DNA of 64,000 bases, from assembly GCA_964402795.1 (NCBI GenBank), contig CAYODX010000013.1, positions 2,535 to 66,534 on the forward strand. The letters are read 5' to 3'. The position numbers and the translations under genes are program-made. The notes beneath the pieces are model-generated. The model did not search any database. It saw nothing but the letters and a program-made list of their open reading frames with translations, and was not told the origin of the DNA. The DNA comes from an uncultured Terricaulis sp. (lineage in GTDB: Bacteria > Pseudomonadota > Alphaproteobacteria > Caulobacterales > Aquidulcibacteraceae). Below, one piece after another: positions 50,416-60,059 of the stretch. Numbering within the stretch: position 1 is the first letter of the stretch; every line of letters starts with the position of its first letter.

Positions 50416-50715
50416 ATGATCCGCGCACTTGTCGTTCTGCTCATTATCGCCATCGCGGCTTTCTTCACCCGGCCTGACGAGGCCAAGATGCGGGCTGCCG
50501 CTGATGAAATGCTGCAGAACCCGCAGACTATCGGCCAAGGCATCGATAGCGCGGTGGCCACTTTCGCCGCAGACCGCCAATACGACAATTACTACGTGGC
50601 GGCTGGCTACGGCGTGAGTGTCGGCCGCGAAAAGATCATCCAATGCTGGGGCGCCTTCACCATGGTCAAATGCGACCGGGTCGCCGCCCAAGCGGGCGCT
50701 GGGGCTTCCAACTAA
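50416..50715 (+). CDS. Hypothetical membrane-anchored protein
   Basis: GGAGG SD, N-terminal TM, GC3-rich codons. Confidence 0.65.
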   Translation: MIRALVVLLIIAIAAFFTRPDEAKMRAAADEMLQNPQTIGQGIDSAVATFAADRQYDNYYVAAGYGVSVGREKIIQCWGAFTMVKCDRVAAQAGAGASN

Positions 50716-50761
50716 GACGCACCCTCTGGCGCTCTTGTCGCGATTGCGTTATGGGGTGCGC

Positions 50762-50809
50762 ATGAAAGCGTGCGTTCGCCTTTCGACGACTTCCACGACC
50801 ACCAGCTGA
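50762..50809 (+). CDS. Putative Thr-rich leader peptide of yidD-thrS ([15 protein letters not shown])
   Basis: 5 Thr codons in 6 positions just before TGA, upstream of the thrS operon. Confidence 0.7.
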   Translation: MKACVRLSTTSTTTS

Positions 50810-50891
50810 GGCCGGCGGCGCGAGATCGGGCGCGCCGCAGCGGCAGCGCTTGGATCCCGGTCAGTCAAACCTGAAAATCGTCGTTTGCGTC

Positions 50892-51221
50892 ATGTCGCCG
50901 AGTTTGCCCGCACGGGGCCTTCTGGGTCTCATCCAGCTTTATAAGTGGACGCTCTCGCCCCTGATTGGGCGTGATTGCCGGTACTTGCCCACCTGCTCAA
51001 GCTACGCCGCGGACGCGATCCGAAAGCACGGCGCTTGGGCCGGGGGCTGGATGGGAGCAGCGCGTCTGTGCCGCTGCCACCCGTTCGGCGGCCACGGCTG
51101 GGATCCTGCGCCGGACGTGGTGCGCACGAATTCCTGGTGGCGGCCCTGGCGCTATGGCGATTGGAAAGGCGGCTACCGCGCGCCGCCCGAATGCAACGAA
51201 GTCAAAAAGAGCACGTCATGA
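50892..51221 (+). CDS. yidD: Membrane protein insertion efficiency factor YidD
   Basis: [32 protein letters not shown]. Confidence 0.93.
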   Translation: MSPSLPARGLLGLIQLYKWTLSPLIGRDCRYLPTCSSYAADAIRKHGAWAGGWMGAARLCRCHPFGGHGWDPAPDVVRTNSWWRPWRYGDWKGGYRAPPECNEVKKSTS

Positions 51222-53158
51222 GCATCTCTCTGCAATTCCCTGATGGCGCTGTGCGCGAGTACGCCGATGGCGTCACCCCGCTCGCCGTCGCCGAAGGCAT
51301 TTCCAAATCGCTCGCCAAGAAAGTCGTCGCCGCGAAAGTCGACGGCGCGTGGTGGGATTTGACGCGTCCGCTCGAACATGGCGGCGTCTTCGAACTGGTC
51401 ACGCGCGAGAGCGCTGATGGACTGGAAGTTTTGCGCCATGATGCGGCGCATGTGTTGGCGCAAGCCGTACAGGAACTTTTCCCCGGCACGCAAGTGACGA
51501 TCGGCCCGACGGTTGAGGACGGTTTCTATTACGATTTCGCGCGCGATGAGCCGTTCTCGACGGATGATTTCGAGAAAATCGAAAAGCGCATGAAGGAGAT
51601 CGTGGACGCGGATCTGCCAATCCGTCGCGAAGTGTGGGAGCGCGAGCAGGCGATCAGCCATTTCAACACGATCGGCGAGACCTTCAAGGCGCAGATCATC
51701 GACGACATCATCCCCGAAGGCGAAGCCATCACGGTTTATCGTCAAGGCAAGGACTGGAAAGATCTCTGCCGCGGCCCCCACCTGCCCTCAACCGGCAGGC
51801 TCGGCAAAGCGTTCAAACTGATGAAGCTGGCCGGCGCTTATTGGCGAGGCGACCAGAACAATCAGCAGCTGCAACGCATCTACGGCACGGCTTGGGCTGA
51901 CGAAAAACAGCTCGAAGACTACCTGCACCGCCTCGAAGAGGCCGAGAAGCGCGACCACCGCAAGCTCGGCCGTCAGATGGACCTCTTCCACATGCAGGAA
52001 GAGGGGCGCGGCATGGTGTTTTGGCATGAAAAAGGGCTGACGCTCTGGCGCACGATCGAAGCCTATATGCGCCGTCGGCTGGCGGCGGCCGGGTACGTCG
52101 AGGTGCGTACGCCGCAAGTGCTGGATCGGGTCTTCTGGGAGAAATCGGGGCACTGGGAAAAATATCGCGAGAACATGTTCGTCTGCGAAACGGCGGAAGG
52201 CGAGATGCTTTCCATGAAGCCGATGAACTGCCCGGGCCACGTGCAAATCTTCAAGTTCGGCCAAAAGAGCTATCGCGATTTGCCGCTCAGGATGGCTGAG
52301 TTCGGCGCCTGCCATCGTTATGAGCCATCCGGCTCGTTGCACGGGCTGATGCGCGTGCGCGCGTTCACGCAGGATGATGCGCACATCTTCTGCCGCGAGG
52401 ATCAGATCGTCGAGGAAACGGCGCGCTTTATTGAACTCGCCACGTCGATCCACGAGGATTTCGGCATGCAGCGGGATCACATCGCGCTTGGCACGCGGCC
52501 AGAAAAGCGCGCCGGCTCCGAGGAGTTCTGGGATCGCGCCGAGCGGCAGATGCTCGAAGCGGCGCGCGCAGCGGGCGTGGAGCCGGTGATCGCGGAAGGC
52601 GATGGCGCGTTCTATGCGCCGAAGCTCGACTTCCAGCTGAAGGATGCGATCGGCCGCCAATGGACGTGCGGGACGATCCAGCTGGATTACGTGCTGCCCG
52701 AGCGCCTCGATGCGGAGTATGTCGGCGAGGACGGGGCCAAGCACCGCCCGGTGATGCTGCACCGAGCGATCCTCGGTTCGCTCGAACGCTTCATCGGCAT
52801 CCTGATCGAGAACTGCGCTGGCGCATTCCCGATGTGGCTTGCCCCGGTACAGGTGGTGGTGGCGACGATTACGTCGGAAGCGGACGGCTATGCGATAGAG
52901 GTGGCCGAGTCCATGCGCGCGCAGGGCCTGCGCATCGAACTCGACCTGCGCAACGAGAAGGTCGGCTACAAGGTGCGTGAGCACTCCCTGGCGAAGGTCC
53001 CCGTCATCGCCGTGGTCGGCAAGAAGGAGGCGGAAAACCGCTCCCTGGCGTTGCGCCGTCTCGGCGGCGAGGCGCAAACGCTGGTCGGGCTCGCCGAGGC
53101 GCTGGAGCTGCTGGGCGAGGAGGCTCTCGCCCCTGACCTGAAGCGGGGACGGCGCTAA
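51218..53158 (+). CDS. thrS: Threonine--tRNA ligase
   Basis: TGS domain, [39 protein letters not shown]; ATGA overlap with yidD. Confidence 0.98.
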   Translation: MSISLQFPDGAVREYADGVTPLAVAEGISKSLAKKVVAAKVDGAWWDLTRPLEHGGVFELVTRESADGLEVLRHDAAHVLAQAVQELFPGTQVTIGPTVEDGFYYDFARDEPFSTDDFEKIEKRMKEIVDADLPIRREVWEREQAISHFNTIGETFKAQIIDDIIPEGEAITVYRQGKDWKDLCRGPHLPSTGRLGKAFKLMKLAGAYWRGDQNNQQLQRIYGTAWADEKQLEDYLHRLEEAEKRDHRKLGRQMDLFHMQEEGRGMVFWHEKGLTLWRTIEAYMRRRLAAAGYVEVRTPQVLDRVFWEKSGHWEKYRENMFVCETAEGEMLSMKPMNCPGHVQIFKFGQKSYRDLPLRMAEFGACHRYEPSGSLHGLMRVRAFTQDDAHIFCREDQIVEETARFIELATSIHEDFGMQRDHIALGTRPEKRAGSEEFWDRAERQMLEAARAAGVEPVIAEGDGAFYAPKLDFQLKDAIGRQWTCGTIQLDYVLPERLDAEYVGEDGAKHRPVMLHRAILGSLERFIGILIENCAGAFPMWLAPVQVVVATITSEADGYAIEVAESMRAQGLRIELDLRNEKVGYKVREHSLAKVPVIAVVGKKEAENRSLALRRLGGEAQTLVGLAEALELLGEEALAPDLKRGRR

Positions 53159-53275
53159 ATCATCAGTAATACGCGCGAAAAATGGGGCGGGCGCTCGGCG
53201 TCCGCCCCTAGACGCGGGGCGGGTCCATCTCCAGGATAAGCTAAGGCTAGAGGCTCTCCGGGGGCGGAGACGAAG

Positions 53276-54169
53276 GTGGATAAGTTTCCGTCACGCGAGC
53301 GATCGCTCGCTGCAACACTCGAGCCTCGCGTCACCGCGATCATCGTCGCGCACAAGGTTCGTGCGCCAGCACATCATCAGGCGCCGCTCCATCTTTGCCT
53401 GCGCAGCGCTCTGGTCGAGCCTTGGATCGATGACGTGGTGATCGTTGATCAAGACAACGATGCGGAGGTCTCATCGTCATTGCGCGGCTTCCAGGCCGAT
53501 CGGCGCGACGTTCGGCTCATCACTGCGCGAAAGCCCACGAGCGCCGCGGCGGCGGCCAATCTCGGCGCAGCGAACGCACGCGGACGCTGGCTGCTGTTTC
53601 TGTCGCCTGACGTGGTGCTGCAGCGCGGCGCCGTGGAGCGGCTCGCGGCGGCGGCGCGTGAAGCGAAGGCGCCATGTATTCTCGGCGGGCGTCTGACCGA
53701 CCTCGAGGGGCGCGAGCGCCCGGCCGCGCGCGCCGGCGCATTGAACGCATTCTCAGCGATCCCTGTTGCGATGGGCTGGCACAATTCTTTGCCGCGCAGG
53801 AAGCGTCGCGCGTCCGCGCCGCGCAGCGTCGGCGCCGTCTCCGGCGATTTCATGCTCGTTGCGCGCGGGGATTTCGAACTCCTCGGTGGTTTCGACGAGC
53901 GCTTCGCCACCGACGCAGCAGATCTTGATCTTTGCAGACGCGTCGCGGAAGCCGGCGGCAGCGTGATCTTCCTGCCCGCAGCGGCTGGCGTGCAGTTCGA
54001 GACGCAGGCGGAAGGGCGCCGGCGGGCCCAGGGCCTGGCTTTGTTTGCGGAGAAAACAGCCAAGACTGCGCCGGAGAGAGCATTCGCGATGATCGCTGGC
54101 CCGGCGCTGGCGACGCTGCTCGCGCTCAAGGATTTCGTTGCTGGGCGGCCCCCGCAACGCCGTCGCTGA
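53276..54169 (+). CDS. Glycosyltransferase family 2
   Basis: VIVDQ, NLGA..ARG.WLLFLSPDV, VSGDFML..GGFDERF..DLDLC. Confidence 0.8.
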   Translation: MDKFPSRERSLAATLEPRVTAIIVAHKVRAPAHHQAPLHLCLRSALVEPWIDDVVIVDQDNDAEVSSSLRGFQADRRDVRLITARKPTSAAAAANLGAANARGRWLLFLSPDVVLQRGAVERLAAAAREAKAPCILGGRLTDLEGRERPAARAGALNAFSAIPVAMGWHNSLPRRKRRASAPRSVGAVSGDFMLVARGDFELLGGFDERFATDAADLDLCRRVAEAGGSVIFLPAAAGVQFETQAEGRRRAQGLALFAEKTAKTAPERAFAMIAGPALATLLALKDFVAGRPPQRRR

Positions 54170-55871
54170 CTGCGACTGCGTCGACGATGCGTCCATAATA
54201 GAGTGTGGTTCGTTCGCCCCGGCCAAGGGCGATGCCGCGCACCGGCTGATCTGGTTCATCCAGGGAAAGGCCGCGCTCGCGCAACCGCTCCATGGTTTCG
54301 TCATAGACGCGGCCTTCAACCATCATCAGATCACCGGCGTGCGCTTCGCTCGCCGCCGCCTCCGGGCGGCGCAAGCGCACCGAAGTCTGGGTCATGAAGA
54401 TGAAGCTCGGCTGCGTGAATCCGACCACCCAGAAGGGCTCGTCGGGACGCGGCAGCATGTGCGCGCGCGTGAGCGCCACAACCGCTTCACGGCTGACGAA
54501 CAAGGAACGCGCTTCGGGCAGAAAATGGCCGCGCAAGCCAATCGAAAAGATCAGCGCGCATGCGGACAGCAAGGCCGCGCGCGCAATCGGCCTGCGCACG
54601 ACCTGCAGGGCGATGAGGGTGGCGATCAGCACAGTCGCCATGATGAGCGCGGCGCCAATGGCGCGTCGGATGTCGGCGTTGAAATCGCCAGGCACGAAGC
54701 TGGCGATGAACGCCATCAGCGCCACCAGCAGAGCGCCGAAAACACCGAACAGCACGGTGCCGACGGGGTGAGCTGTGCGCCAACGCTTTTCCGGCATCGC
54801 AGCAAGGCCGGCTGCGCAGAGCAGGGCGATCGCGGGGTAGGTCGGCATGGTGTAGTGGATGAGCTTGGAGGGCATCAGCTCGAAGGCGAGGAAGGTCGGC
54901 CCAGCCCAGGCGAGCACGAAACGCAGACCGGCATGATCGGTATCTCCGCGCGGGGCGCGCAGCGTGCTCCAGGCCAGGCGTGCGGCCGCTGGCAGTGCAT
55001 AAGTGGCCGGGAAAATCAGCAGCGGCAGCAAGAGCAGGAAATAGCCGGGCCATCCCTGATGCGCATGGTCTGTGCCGGCCAGCTTTGGGCCGAGTTCTGT
55101 CGCCCACAGTTCCGTGTAGAACCGCCACTCCGTGACAACGCCTATGGCGATCAGCCAAGGCAGCGCGATCAGCACCGCAAGCAACGGCCCGGCCCACCAC
55201 GTCAACGGTTTCATCCAGTCGGTGCGCCGCTCCCACAGGCCGATTGCAAGAAGGCTAAGCCCGCATGCCATCGGCGTGACCGGCCCCTTGATCATGACCC
55301 CGCAGGCAAGCGCGCCCCAGAAGAGGAGCGCGGTCAAGCGAGGCCGTGCGGTCCCCACCCGCAGCTGCGCCAGCGCCGCGATGGCCACAGTGGTGAAGCC
55401 GACAAGAACAGAGTCGGTTTTCGCCGTCATCGCCTCGATGCCGACGAGAATGCCCGTCGAATAGAGCATCGCACCGATGAAGCCGATACGCGACCCGAGC
55501 AGAGCTGAGCCCGCCCACAAGGTCGCCAAGGCGGCCATGACAAGTCCCAGAACGGAGGGAAGACGATAGGGCCAGACCACATTGTTGCGATCGAGGAAGG
55601 GGCCCATCGCAGTCACGCTGGCGGCCTGCAGCCAGTGGATGCCGGCTGGCTTGCGGCTGCGATCCGCATCCTGGAGCTTGATGCGGACGAAATCGCCGCT
55701 GTCGAGCATCTGCCGCGTAGCCTGCACGAAGCGGCCTTCGTCGATGTCCATGACGGGAACGCGACCAATGCCGATGACGCCGGCGCTGAAGGCCAGCAGC
55801 GCGATCAAGAGATAGGCGCGCCAGCCACGGGCGAACTGGTCGAACAGCGCAGGAGACATCGGCGCAGCCAT
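54126..55871 (-). CDS. ArnT/GT39-like lipid-linked glycosyltransferase
   Basis: DIDEGRFVQATRQM, KPAGIHWLQA, YRLPS, KGP, KLIHYTMPTYPA. Confidence 0.88.
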   Translation of the reverse strand: MAAPMSPALFDQFARGWRAYLLIALLAFSAGVIGIGRVPVMDIDEGRFVQATRQMLDSGDFVRIKLQDADRSRKPAGIHWLQAASVTAMGPFLDRNNVVWPYRLPSVLGLVMAALATLWAGSALLGSRIGFIGAMLYSTGILVGIEAMTAKTDSVLVGFTTVAIAALAQLRVGTARPRLTALLFWGALACGVMIKGPVTPMACGLSLLAIGLWERRTDWMKPLTWWAGPLLAVLIALPWLIAIGVVTEWRFYTELWATELGPKLAGTDHAHQGWPGYFLLLLPLLIFPATYALPAAARLAWSTLRAPRGDTDHAGLRFVLAWAGPTFLAFELMPSKLIHYTMPTYPAIALLCAAGLAAMPEKRWRTAHPVGTVLFGVFGALLVALMAFIASFVPGDFNADIRRAIGAALIMATVLIATLIALQVVRRPIARAALLSACALIFSIGLRGHFLPEARSLFVSREAVVALTRAHMLPRPDEPFWVVGFTQPSFIFMTQTSVRLRRPEAAASEAHAGDLMMVEGRVYDETMERLRERGLSLDEPDQPVRGIALGRGERTTLYYGRIVDAVAVSDGVAGAAQQRNP

Positions 55872-55902
55872 CGGACCGGCCTGATACCGGGGCGGGCGCG
55901 GC

Positions 55903-56718
55903 TTGTCTCGGCAAATCCCCATAAGCAGCGCGGCCTCGCCTCGCGCTGGCGAACCGGCTAAGAGAGCGCCCGACGAGCCGGGGACCCTCTTGCAGAGCAT
56001 TGAATTCAGTGTCGTGGTGCCGGTGCGCGATGAAGCGGGCAACGCGGCCGCGCTGGCGCGCGAAATCGCAGGCGCGCTCGAGGGCCGCGCCTACGAAATG
56101 ATCTTCGTTGACGATCAAAGCCGCGACGACACGCGCCCTGAGTTGGCGGCGCTGAAGGCGGAATTGCCGATGCTGCGCCTCATCGGCCACCGTCGCAACG
56201 CCGGCCAGAGCAGGGCGGTGCGCACCGGCGTACTGGCCGCGCGTGCGCCAATCATCGGCACTCTGGACGGAGACGGCCAAAATGACCCCGCCGACCTGCC
56301 GCGATTGCTGGCCAAGCTGACCCGCGCTGACGCGCCGTCAAGCCTGGGCATGGTAGCCGGCCGACGCGCCAAGCGTCAGGATTCGTGGAGCAAGCGCATT
56401 GCCTCGCGTTTGGCCAACAATATCCGCAAGGCGCTGTTGAAGGATGGCGCGGACGACAGCGGATCAGGGATCAAGGTCTTCAAACGAGAGGCGTTTTTGC
56501 TGCTTCCGTATTTCGATCACATGCACCGTTTCATGGCCGCGCTGATGTTGCGCGAAGGCTATGCAGTCGAGTTTTTGGACGTTAATCATCGACAGCGCAG
56601 CGCGGGCCGGTCGAAATACACCAATCTTGGCCGACTCGCCGCAAACATGACGGACCTTTGGGGCGTCATGTGGCTGCGGAGCCGAGCGCGGCTTCCAGGG
56701 GGTGCGGACGAGTTTTGA
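55903..56718 (+). CDS. GT2 polyprenol-phosphate glycosyltransferase (DPM1-like)
   Basis: SVVVPVRDE, VDDQSRD, LDGDGQNDPAD, FDHMHRF, GRSKY; start uncertain. Confidence 0.9.
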   Translation: MSRQIPISSAASPRAGEPAKRAPDEPGTLLQSIEFSVVVPVRDEAGNAAALAREIAGALEGRAYEMIFVDDQSRDDTRPELAALKAELPMLRLIGHRRNAGQSRAVRTGVLAARAPIIGTLDGDGQNDPADLPRLLAKLTRADAPSSLGMVAGRRAKRQDSWSKRIASRLANNIRKALLKDGADDSGSGIKVFKREAFLLLPYFDHMHRFMAALMLREGYAVEFLDVNHRQRSAGRSKYTNLGRLAANMTDLWGVMWLRSRARLPGGADEF

Positions 56719-56755
56719 TCGTCCGCGGCGCCCGTGTTTGCGGGAGGGGGAGTAA

Positions 56756-57244
56756 ATGCGTCAGTCAGCACCAGCGCCGGGCGGCCTGGGTTCGGTATTC
56801 ACGGTCTTCCCGCTCATTCTGATCCCAGTCATCGTCTACAATATCTGGGCCTTTGGCGCCGGGGGCCCGTCGCCCGATGATCCAGTATTGCGCAGCCAAT
56901 ACTTTCTCTCGCAGCTGCAGAATATTCAGCACCCGTTGCTCAACATCCCGATGGCCTCTGGTTCGCACTGGATCATGACCGCCGGAGACGGGCTGGTGCT
57001 GCTGTCAATCCTGCTGCTGTTCATCGAAATGCTGAAATCCACATCGACCGGCAGCGCCGCGATCTTCAATCATGCCCTATCGATGCTGGTGTTCATCATT
57101 TGCCTTGTCGAGTTCCTGCTGCATCCCTCGTTTTCGACCAGCGTCTTCTTCGTGATCATGGTCATTTCGTTGCTGGACGTCCTCGCCGGCGTTGTCGTCA
57201 CGATCATTTCGGCGCGCCGCGACGTCGAGTTCGCGGGGCAATAG
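56756..57244 (+). CDS. Conserved-looking hypothetical membrane protein
   Basis: 4 TM; LFIEMLKST, NHALSM.VF, DVLAG..VTI..ARRD. Confidence 0.8.
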   Translation: MRQSAPAPGGLGSVFTVFPLILIPVIVYNIWAFGAGGPSPDDPVLRSQYFLSQLQNIQHPLLNIPMASGSHWIMTAGDGLVLLSILLLFIEMLKSTSTGSAAIFNHALSMLVFIICLVEFLLHPSFSTSVFFVIMVISLLDVLAGVVVTIISARRDVEFAGQ

Positions 57245-57396
57245 CGGTCACAGACACCACATCCCGACTGCCAGAGCGATTGTGAAGTCGAGCCAGCGTG
57301 CGAATCGGGGAAAAGTGAAGCCGTCCATGGTCAGCGCCGTGTGCATGATCGGCGCCGCCAATGGACCGGGCGGACGCCTGCAGCCTGGGTGGATGA

Positions 57397-57729
57397 ATGT
57401 CGTTGTTCTTTGACGCGGCTTGGTTCGATGCACAGCTTGCATGCCGTGGTCTCGACCGTAGCGGTCTCGCCGCAGCCGCGCGCATAGACCGGGCAGATCT
57501 GCACAGTATTTACAGCAATGAGCGCGCAGCGAGTGCAGAGGAGCTGGCGGCGATCGCTGCGGCTTTGCAGGCCGATCTCCTCGAAGTGACGTTGCGCGCT
57601 GGCGTGGCCACGCGGCCTTCGCAAGCAGATGGCGACGCCGACACGCGTATCGAAAGCATCGAAGCCCGGCTTAACGCAATCGACGATTGGATTGCGGAAT
57701 TCGAGCGGGCGACCAAGAAGAGCGCCTAG
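57397..57729 (+). CDS. XRE-like HTH DNA-binding protein with coiled-coil tail
   Basis: LFFDAAWFDAQL..GL.R..LAA; RIESIEARL. Confidence 0.65.
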   Translation: MSLFFDAAWFDAQLACRGLDRSGLAAAARIDRADLHSIYSNERAASAEELAAIAAALQADLLEVTLRAGVATRPSQADGDADTRIESIEARLNAIDDWIAEFERATKKSA

Positions 57730-57953
57730 GCCCGAAGATTGACGATGCCGCCAGAACGAGGGGCGGCTTCGGCGTAGGCGCGCGTGGTGCGCTGGTCGGG
57801 CCCCATCACGTGGCTGATGAGCGTGGCGGCGAACAATGGCTCCATGCGCGCTCGTGGCGTGCGTCGGTCGCTGCTGCGCCGGTCGCGGCGGCGCTGATCG
57901 CCGATGTCGACGAACTCCGCTTCAATCTCCGGGAGGCGCTTGGCTCCGCTCAT
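57726..57953 (-). CDS. Small hypothetical protein with RRRDRRSSDRR motif
   Basis: 75-aa ORF directly behind a sigma54-type promoter. Confidence 0.6.
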   Translation of the reverse strand: MSGAKRLPEIEAEFVDIGDQRRRDRRSSDRRTPRARMEPLFAATLISHVMGPDQRTTRAYAEAAPRSGGIVNLRA

Positions 57954-57965
57954 GGAGTGCGGCGC

Positions 57966-57981
57966 TGCATCTCGCGTGCCA
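57966..57981 (-). promoter_or_regulatory. sigma54 (-24/-12) promoter
   Basis: TGGCACGCGAGATGCA with GG and GC at consensus spacing. Confidence 0.65.
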
Positions 57982-58023
57982 AACGCCGATTAACCGCTTA
58001 ACCTTTTCCAAGGGAGGAAGCGC

Positions 58024-59454
58024 ATGACGATCTCGGATTATGCGGACTATGACGGCTTGGCATTAGCTGAGTTGGTGCGCCGCGGGGAAACGACGCCGGC
58101 CGAACTCCTCGAATCGGCTATCGAGCGGATAGAGCGGCACAACGGCACGCTCAACGCCGTCGTTTACCAGGCCTTTGATGAGGCGCGACGAACTGCTTCT
58201 GGCCCGCTGCCCGACGGTCCATTCAAAGGCGTGCCGTTTCTGATCAAGGATTTGAACATCAGGGTTAAAGGCTGGCCGCGCACGTCCGGCAGTCACTTCG
58301 CCAGCGTTGATGCAGACGAGGACGACACCGAACTCACCCGCCGTTACAGGGCGAGCGGTGTGGTGCTTGCCGGCAAGACTAACACGCCGGAGTTCGGCAT
58401 CCCCGGCGTCACCACGTCGGCGCGGCTGGGACCGTGCCGCAACCCGTGGAATCCGGATCACATCTCCGGCGGCTCGTCTGGCGGCGCGGCCTCGGCGGTC
58501 GCCGCCGGAATTGTCCCGCTTGCGCATGCCAGCGACGGTCTCGGCTCCATCCGCATCCCCGCTGCCTGCTGCGGCCTGGTGGGGCTGAAGACGACGCGCG
58601 ATCGCAACCCGAACGGCGCACACGATACTGACCGCGTGATCGGATTTTCGGTTGATCACGTGGTTTCCCGCACTGTGCGCGATAGCGCCGCGATGCTCGA
58701 TGCGACTGGCTATCCCGAAGACGACAGCCCGTATGCCCCGCCCCCGAAAGAGCGACCCTATCTGGAGGAGGTCGCCCGCTCGCCGGGGCGCTTGCGGATC
58801 GCGTTCTCGAGCGAGACGCCGAGCGGCAATCCGGTCGATCCAGAGGTGCGCGCTGCGCTTGAGTGTACCGCCGAAACGCTCTCGGCGCTCGGCCATGAAG
58901 TGCGGGAAGAAGGTCTCGGCATTGATTACCGCTTGCTCTTCCAGGCTCAGGGCCTTGTCTCCGCCGCGAACTTCGCCGCCACGATCAAGCGGTGGGTCGA
59001 ACTCAAGGGCCGCGAGCCTGGCGACGGCGAACTCGAAGGTCTGGCGCGACGCGCCTATGCGGCGGGCAAGCACATCAGCGGCGCCGATGCGCTTTGGGGG
59101 CTGCAGCAGCTGCGACTGATGACGCGCCAGATGCTGCAGCGTTTCACTCAGTTCGACGTGTACCTGACCCCCGTGATGAATACGCCCGCGCCCCGCGTGG
59201 AGTATCTTGACGCGCTGATGGAGGATTTGCGCGAGTTCGACCGGCGCCAAGCGGCGACATTCGGGTTCACGCCGCCCTTCAATATGAGCGGTCAGCCTTC
59301 GATGTCCTTGCCTCTGGCCTGGAGTGCGTCCGGCCTGCCGATCGGCATGATGATAACAGGGCGCTATGGCGATGAGGCGACGCTGTTCCGTCTGGCGGCG
59401 CAACTCGAAAAGGAAATGCCGTGGAAAGACAAGCGACCGCCAGTTTGGAACTGA
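58024..59454 (+). CDS. Amidase signature family protein
   Basis: GVPFLIKD, GKTNTPEFG, GGSSGG, SDGLGSIRIPA. Confidence 0.95.
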   Translation: MTISDYADYDGLALAELVRRGETTPAELLESAIERIERHNGTLNAVVYQAFDEARRTASGPLPDGPFKGVPFLIKDLNIRVKGWPRTSGSHFASVDADEDDTELTRRYRASGVVLAGKTNTPEFGIPGVTTSARLGPCRNPWNPDHISGGSSGGAASAVAAGIVPLAHASDGLGSIRIPAACCGLVGLKTTRDRNPNGAHDTDRVIGFSVDHVVSRTVRDSAAMLDATGYPEDDSPYAPPPKERPYLEEVARSPGRLRIAFSSETPSGNPVDPEVRAALECTAETLSALGHEVREEGLGIDYRLLFQAQGLVSAANFAATIKRWVELKGREPGDGELEGLARRAYAAGKHISGADALWGLQQLRLMTRQMLQRFTQFDVYLTPVMNTPAPRVEYLDALMEDLREFDRRQAATFGFTPPFNMSGQPSMSLPLAWSASGLPIGMMITGRYGDEATLFRLAAQLEKEMPWKDKRPPVWN

Positions 59455-59522
59455 GGTCCTCACGGTTGATTGGGGTCAATGCCGCCGCTTTCAGCGATGC
59501 TGAATTGTTTGTGGAGGGTCCT

Positions 59523-59897
59523 ATGAACGCACACTTCGGCCTGCTCGCATTGTCGGCGGCGCTGTTGCTTGGCGGTTGCGTCGGGCCGGCCGCGGGGCAG
59601 GGCGCCATCACCGCGGCGCAGCGCGGAGATGCGGCGCTTGGTTTGAGCTATGCGCGGCAAGTATGCTCCGAGTGCCATGCCGTTGAAGCCCGTGAAACGA
59701 TTTCGCCAGATCCGGCTGCCCCAAGCTTCGGGGAACTCGCCAATTCGCCAGGTATGACAGGCTTGGCGCTGACGGTGTGGCTCAACTCGGCGCATGAGCA
59801 AATGCCGCACTTCATTGTCGACCCCGATCATGTCGACGACCTCTCGGCGTACCTGCATGCCTTGAAGCAGCAGCAACGAGCGCCCAGATCGCCCTAA
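59523..59897 (+). CDS. Monoheme cytochrome c lipoprotein
   Basis: Lipobox LGGC, CSECH, APSF, H..MP. Confidence 0.85.
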   Translation: MNAHFGLLALSAALLLGGCVGPAAGQGAITAAQRGDAALGLSYARQVCSECHAVEARETISPDPAAPSFGELANSPGMTGLALTVWLNSAHEQMPHFIVDPDHVDDLSAYLHALKQQQRAPRSP

Positions 59898-59977
59898 GCG
59901 GCGTTGCCCACGATTGCGCTGAACTTCAACATGCGACCGCTGTTCCGCCGCAAAAGCGCCGCGCCGGTTTCGCAAGT

Positions 59978-59992
59978 TTAACGAAGACTTAG
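59978..59992. promoter_or_regulatory. CtrA-box-like site upstream of ftsZ
   Basis: TTAA-N7-TTAG, 1 mismatch to TTAA-N7-TTAA. Confidence 0.55.
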
Positions 59993-60059
59993 CAGCTGCG
60001 CGGAACCGTGCAGTGCGAGCGTGGGCGAATCGTGAGAACGATCGCCCTTGGAGCGGGTA

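Noticed and set aside
57248-57346. 32-aa minus-strand peptide MHTALTMDGFTFPRFARWLDFTIALAVGMWCL
   Set aside because: No SD, overlaps the likely promoter of the XRE-like gene, no other evidence
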